Shown here piece by piece: positions 58,953 through 64,000 of a stretch of DNA of 64,000 nt; the stretch's first letter is position 1, and each line of letters begins with the position of its first letter. This stretch comes from Octopus sinensis (Eukaryota), in contig NW_021824851.1 in the NCBI RefSeq assembly GCF_006345805.1, positions 1 to 64,000 of the forward strand, read 5' to 3'. The position numbers and the translations under genes were made by a program. A model generated the notes under the pieces. That model had not been told where the DNA came from. It searched no databases and saw nothing but the letters and a program-made list of their open reading frames with translations.

Positions 58953-59369
58953 TATATATATATAATACACATACATACACAGACATACATACATGGCATA
59001 GATACACATCTCAAAAGTGAAAAGAGATCATCAATTTTGAAAGGTTTATTTCTCGTTTCTTCTTTGGCTATTTGTTTGTCAAAGAAGAGGTTTCCTTCAA
59101 ACTGCTCTGCCATAGTAGCCAAGATGATGAAGACACCTCACAGAAATATTCTGGCTCATCAAAGAATTGCTGTGCAACATCAGCTTCCTTAGAACGGAGA
59201 TTATTCTCAACAATCTGCTTGACAGCCCAAAGACACCCTGCCAAAGGGCCCAGGTCGATCTGAGCCAGACAGTTTTTTTTAAAATTTATTTCCTTTGCTG
59301 TTGAATTGTTCAGTCCCTCTGTTGACCATGGCAAGAAGAATGCCATGGTTTCGTGCAGTCTCACCCGGC

Positions 59370-59460
59370 CTAGCTAGGTCCACTCTCAGATTCACCCACA
59401 ATACACCCTTTTTGGTAATCAGACAAGTCTTTTGCTTCTGATGTTCGTGGTATGGCTACT
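59370..59460 (-). pseudogene. Possible Tc1 transposase N-terminal scrap
   Basis: IPRTSEAKDLSDYQKGCIVG resembles Tc1 starts of the form (K/R)ELSDF(E/Q)RG.IVG. Confidence 0.45.
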
Positions 59461-60319
59461 TGCTGTAAACCAGTGGTTCCCAAACTTTTCCAGGCTGCTA
59501 CCCACTTGGTTCTAAGGCCACATTCCCAGTGCACCCCTACCACCAGCACCACCACAAGCCGTTCAAGAATTTGGACCTGGAGATCTCCATTTCCAGCGAC
59601 TTCGAGGGCCACATCCCAGTGGTGTCAGGCGTCAACGAAGAGCCCTCGACTACAACAAGACGGCCTAAGTTTTTTTTGTGTTTTTCCAAGGTCTGGGGTC
59701 TCCCGCCCCTAAGCCCTAGACCATCACCTAATCACCCTTACCCGTCTAGTTGCTTAACAACAACAACAGCAGCGCCACCACCATTCACCATCACAGACAT
59801 AAACCATTTTCTGCAGCAAATTTAAAACAACAAATGAAAGTTAACCTAATTAACTCACAAATGTAACTTAACCTAATTAACTCTTTATTTTGTTTGTTTT
59901 TTTACGCCCATTGCCCCATTTTGGTCACCCCATCATTGCCCTATATTCCTTCAATGCCCCACTGCATCTTTCCAACCCCTCCCTTTCCCCAGGGATGGTT
60001 ATTATAAAAATTGTGTGATTCATGAAGCAAAGTATCTGAATATTTTAGAAATATAAGTAAACTTAAATGTAAAACAATGAAAAAATAATAATTTTCTATT
60101 TTCCTTGGCGTCTGAAATTATATCTAACTTCTTGAAGATGTTTTTTAAATCCAGAAATTTAAATAACCTGCTTAAAATTCAGACAGCCCCTGTATAACAT
60201 TCATGGTTCATTCCTCATTCCAGAGACCTCAAAACAATCTTTTGATATGTCTTTGTATCATATTGCGAAGTTTGTTAAATGAGATACTTCTTGGAAGATC
60301 ATATTGGCTGTTATGTTCT

Positions 60320-60858
60320 CCAAGAAGAGAATTAATGCATTCGAGCTTTGGTGTTGGAGAAGACTTTTACGGATTCCATGGACAGCGAGGCTCACCAATG
60401 GAGAAGTTCTTAAGCAGATCAGGCTGAAAATGTCGCTAGAAGCTAGGATCACCAAGCATAGATTGGCATATTTTAGTCATATTATGCGGAGAAAATCTCC
60501 GGAAAAGGACATCATGCTCGGAATGGTCAATGGCAAGAGAGGAAAAGGCTGACCAATGGAGAGTTCTTAAGCAGATCAGGCCGAAAATGTCGCTAGAAGC
60601 TAGGATCACCAAGCATAGATTAGCATATTTCGGTCATATTATGCAGAGAAAATCCCTGGTGAAGGACATCATGCTCGGAATGGTCAGTGGCAAGAGAGGA
60701 AGAGGCCGACCAAGAACCCGCTGGCTTGACACCATCAAGAGTGATACCGGAATGGACATAGCCAATCTGAAAGAAGCGGCCCAGGATAGAACTGACTGGA
60801 GGACACTGATCCAACGAGTGACCGAGAGTCGACTTCGACTGAGCGGATAGAGAGAGGG
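60320..60858 (+). mobile_element. BovB-like RTE LINE 3' end with a 158-bp internal duplication
   Basis: RINAFELWCWRRLLRIPWTAR..N..VL..I....SLE..I....L.YFGHIM...SL.K.IMLG...GKR.RGR.R.RWLD.I...DR..WR..I..V.ESR.RLS*. The duplicated segment starts at 60391 and 60549. Confidence 0.88.
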
Positions 60859-61273
60859 TTCTCCAAGTAACATAAGGAACCCTTTATACTATCATTTTTA
60901 CCATTTTCAATTCCTGTCTCCCATTGTATTCTTAGCAATTTTGGCATTATCACTAGAACATGATAGAATTCGTGCTGTTTCGAGCATAATAAGAGTAAAA
61001 CGAACCAATCCCTAGATTTTATATCTGCCATGCACAACCATACATTGCATGGGCCATGGTTGGTAAGGGTCGTGAATGATGTGGATTAGCACCAGTATGG
61101 GCTGAAGCTGTAAATCTCATTTCAGAGATTCTTTAGGCCACCAGCTTCGATGTTGAACGACTGGAACAGATTAACCTCCAAAATTAATTACTTTTGCTGT
61201 TAGATGGAACTCTTACTGCCCAAAGCTCTTTGAGCAAATGGAGATAACATCAACATCACTTCCTAACAACATC

Positions 61274-62998
61274 CTCTTTTACTCTTTTACTCGTTTCAGT
61301 CATTTGACTGTGACCATGCTGGAGCACTACCTTTAGTCGAGCAAATCGACCCCAGGACTTATTCTTTGTAAGCCTAATACTTATTCTATCGGCCTCTTTT
61401 GCTGAACCGCTAAGTTACGGGGGATGTAAACACCCAAGCATCGGTTGTCAAGCAATGCTTGGGGGACAAACACGGACATACAAACACACACACGCATATA
61501 CATATATACATATATACGACGGGCTTCTTTCAGTTCCCATCTACTAAATCCACTCACAAGGCTTTGGTCGGTCCGAGGCTATTGTAGACACTTGCCCGAG
61601 GTGCCACACAGTGAGACTGAACACAGAACCATGTGGTTGGTAAGCAAGCTACTTACCACACAGCCACTCTCATATATATGACGGGCTTCTTTCAGTTTCC
61701 GTCTATCAAATCCACTCACAAGGCTTTGGTCGGCCCGAGGCTATAGTAGACACTTGCCCGAGGTGCCACACAGTGAGACTGAACACAGAACCATGTGGTT
61801 GGTAAGCAAGCTACTTACCACACAGCCGCTCTCATATATACGACGGGCTTCTTTCAGTTTCCGTCTACCAAATCCACTCACAAGGCTTTGGTCGGCCCGA
61901 GGCTATAGTAGAAGACACTTGCCCGAGGTGCCACGCAGTGGGACTGAACCCAGAACCATGTGGTTGGTAAGCAAGCTACTTACCACACAGCCACTCTCAT
62001 ATATATGACGGGCTTCTTTCAGTTTCCGTCTACCAAATCCACTCACAAGGCTTTGGTCGGCCCGAGGCTATAGCAGAAGACACTTGCCCGAGGTGCCACG
62101 CAGTGGGACTGAACCCAGAACCATGTGGTTGGTAAGCAAGCTACTTACCACACAGCCGCTCTCATATATACGACGGGCTTCTTTCAGTTTCCGTCTACCA
62201 AATCCACTCACAAGGCTTTGGTCGGCCCGAGGCTATAGTAGAAGACACTTGCCCGAGGTGCCACGCAGTGGGACTGAACCCAGAACCATGTGGTTGGTAA
62301 GCAAGCTACTTACCACACAGCCGCTCTCATATATACGACGGGCTTCTTTCAGTTTCCGTCTACCAAATCCACTCACAAGGCTTTGGTCGGCCCGAGGCTA
62401 TAGTAGAAGACACTTGCCCGAGGTGCCACGCAGTGGGACTGAACCAGAACCATGTGGTTGGTAAGCAAGCTACTTACCACACAGCCGCTCTCAATATACG
62501 ACGGGCTTCTTTCAGTTTCCGTCTACCAAATCCACTCACAAGGCTTTGGTCGGCCCGAGGCTCGAGGCTATAGCAGAAGACACTTGCCCGAGGTGCCACG
62601 CAGTGGGACTGAACCCAGAACCATGTGGTTGGTAAGCAAGCTACTTACCACACAGCCGCTCTCATATATACGACGGGCTTCTTTCAGTTTCCGTCTACCA
62701 AATCCACTCACAAGGCTTTGGTCGGCCCGAGGCTATAGTAGAAGACACTTGCCCGAGGTGCCACGCAGTGGGACTGAACCCAGAACCATGTGGTTGGTAA
62801 GCAAGCTACTTACCACACAGCCACTCTCATATATACGACGGGCTTCTTTCAGTTTCCGTCTACCAAATCCACTCACAAGGCTTTGGTCGGCCCGAGGCTA
62901 TAGTAGAAGACACTTGGCCAAGGTGCCATGCAGTGGGACTGAACCCAGAACCATGTGGTTGGTAAGCAAGCTACTTACCACACAGCCACTCCTGCGCC
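61274..62998 (-). mobile_element. Family A SINE with nine tandem ~165-bp heads and one tail
   Basis: Head anchors at 61661, 61823, 61988, 62153, 62318, 62482, 62653, 62818 and 62983. Confidence 0.92.
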
Positions 62999-63764
62999 CA
63001 TAAAAAATTTAAAAAAAGATTTTATGCAAAGATAAATTGTTGATGACATTTGATGGGGACCAGAGATAATTTTTGTTGATGTTTCTGTTAAAACAGGAAA
63101 ATCTGATTTGATCAAACTTAACTTTGGCACGATTTTGTTTACTCAAGCAGATTTCAGTTGCAGTGGCTTCATCTGAAATGATTGCGACTTTGTTCACAGG
63201 TGGCAGCACTGTTCATTCTGCTTCTAACATGCCTATTAACTGCACAGACAACAGCAGCTCAGAAAGCAAGACTGGAGAAGAATTTGAAGCAAGTCTGGCT
63301 TAAAGTATGATGGTAGAGTGTCACACATGTTAACAAGGCTCTCCATTACACACTCCATGTAGTGGACAAGTTTATGTGTGGACAGTTACAGTTTTACTTA
63401 GATTGATGGGTCTTCAAATGCACAGCAAATCACCAGAAGTCTCAGTCCCCTGTCATCTCTTCTGTGAGGCCTATTACCTGAACATCCTTTCTCATGTGTA
63501 TATATGTATATGTGTGTTTGTGTGTATATATAGGTATATGTATGCGTGTGTATGTGTGTATATATAAGAAGCACCTAGCACCCTCTGTGAAGTGGTTGGC
63601 ATTAGGAAAGGTATCCAACCATAGAAAGCATGCCATAACAGATAATTGGAGACTGGGCAGCTACTTAGCTGGCCAGCTCTTGTTAAACTGTCTGACCCAT
63701 CCTAGCATGGAAAACAGACATCAAACACTGATGATATGTACACACACACATATATATCTCTTTT

Positions 63765-64000
63765 ACTCTCTTTTTTTCTTTACTCTTTTACTTGTTTCAG
63801 TCATCTGACTGTGGCCGTGCTGGAGCACCGCCTTTAGTCAAGAAAATCGATCGCAGAACTTATTCTTTGTAAGCCCAGTACTTATTCTATCGGTTGTCTT
63901 TTGCCGAACTGCTAAGTTACAGGGATGTAAACACACCAGCATCAGTTGTCAAGCGATGTTGGGGAGACAAACACAGACACACACACACACACACACACAT
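63765..64000 (-). mobile_element. Family A SINE 3' half (runs off the window)
   Basis: CTCTTTTACTTGTTTCAGTCAT tail and body. Confidence 0.8.

Noticed and set aside
59000-59364. Protein-looking minus-strand ORFs (98 aa and 107 aa)
   Set aside because: No clear splice signals or recognisable motif. Possibly an old transposon fragment next to the Tc1-like scrap.
63120-63303. Possible terminal exon (...SESKTGEEFEASLA*)
   Set aside because: It does not resemble GPSM TPR or GoLoco sequence, and the frame length is within chance expectation.

Overview
AT-rich, microsatellite-rich animal genomic DNA, probably from an octopus (inferred from the repeat families, not checked by search). It is almost entirely intron or intergenic sequence packed with transposon debris. 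One exon is unambiguous: a TPR exon of a GPSM1/2 (AGS3/LGN/Pins) gene at 44877-45100 (+). Other splice-bounded open exons that the ORF track misses: a 189-nt minus-strand exon at 39538-39726 whose 3' half fits the PI3K helical-domain motif, a possible 13-nt microexon upstream of it, and two phase-compatible plus-strand exons at 14541-14603 and 19271-19345. The SINE-type repeats fall into families I label A-E (my own labels). The window also has RTE, BovB-like RTE, CR1 and R4/Dong-like LINE ends, non-autonomous Helitrons plus a Helitron helicase relic, mariner and DD37D relics, and several MITEs with clear TSDs. The main hidden signals are: (1) about seven type-I hammerhead-ribozyme-like motifs with palindromic stem III in Penelope-like context, one with an intact catalytic core at 24488-24535; (2) SINEs that multimerise internal modules with fixed junctions, up to 9 heads; (3) a 113-bp target-site duplication; (4) head/tail shuffling among SINE families. 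No CRISPR, rRNA or genuine tRNA genes were found. Repeat boundaries are approximate, to about 10 bp, unless a TSD or terminal motif is quoted.
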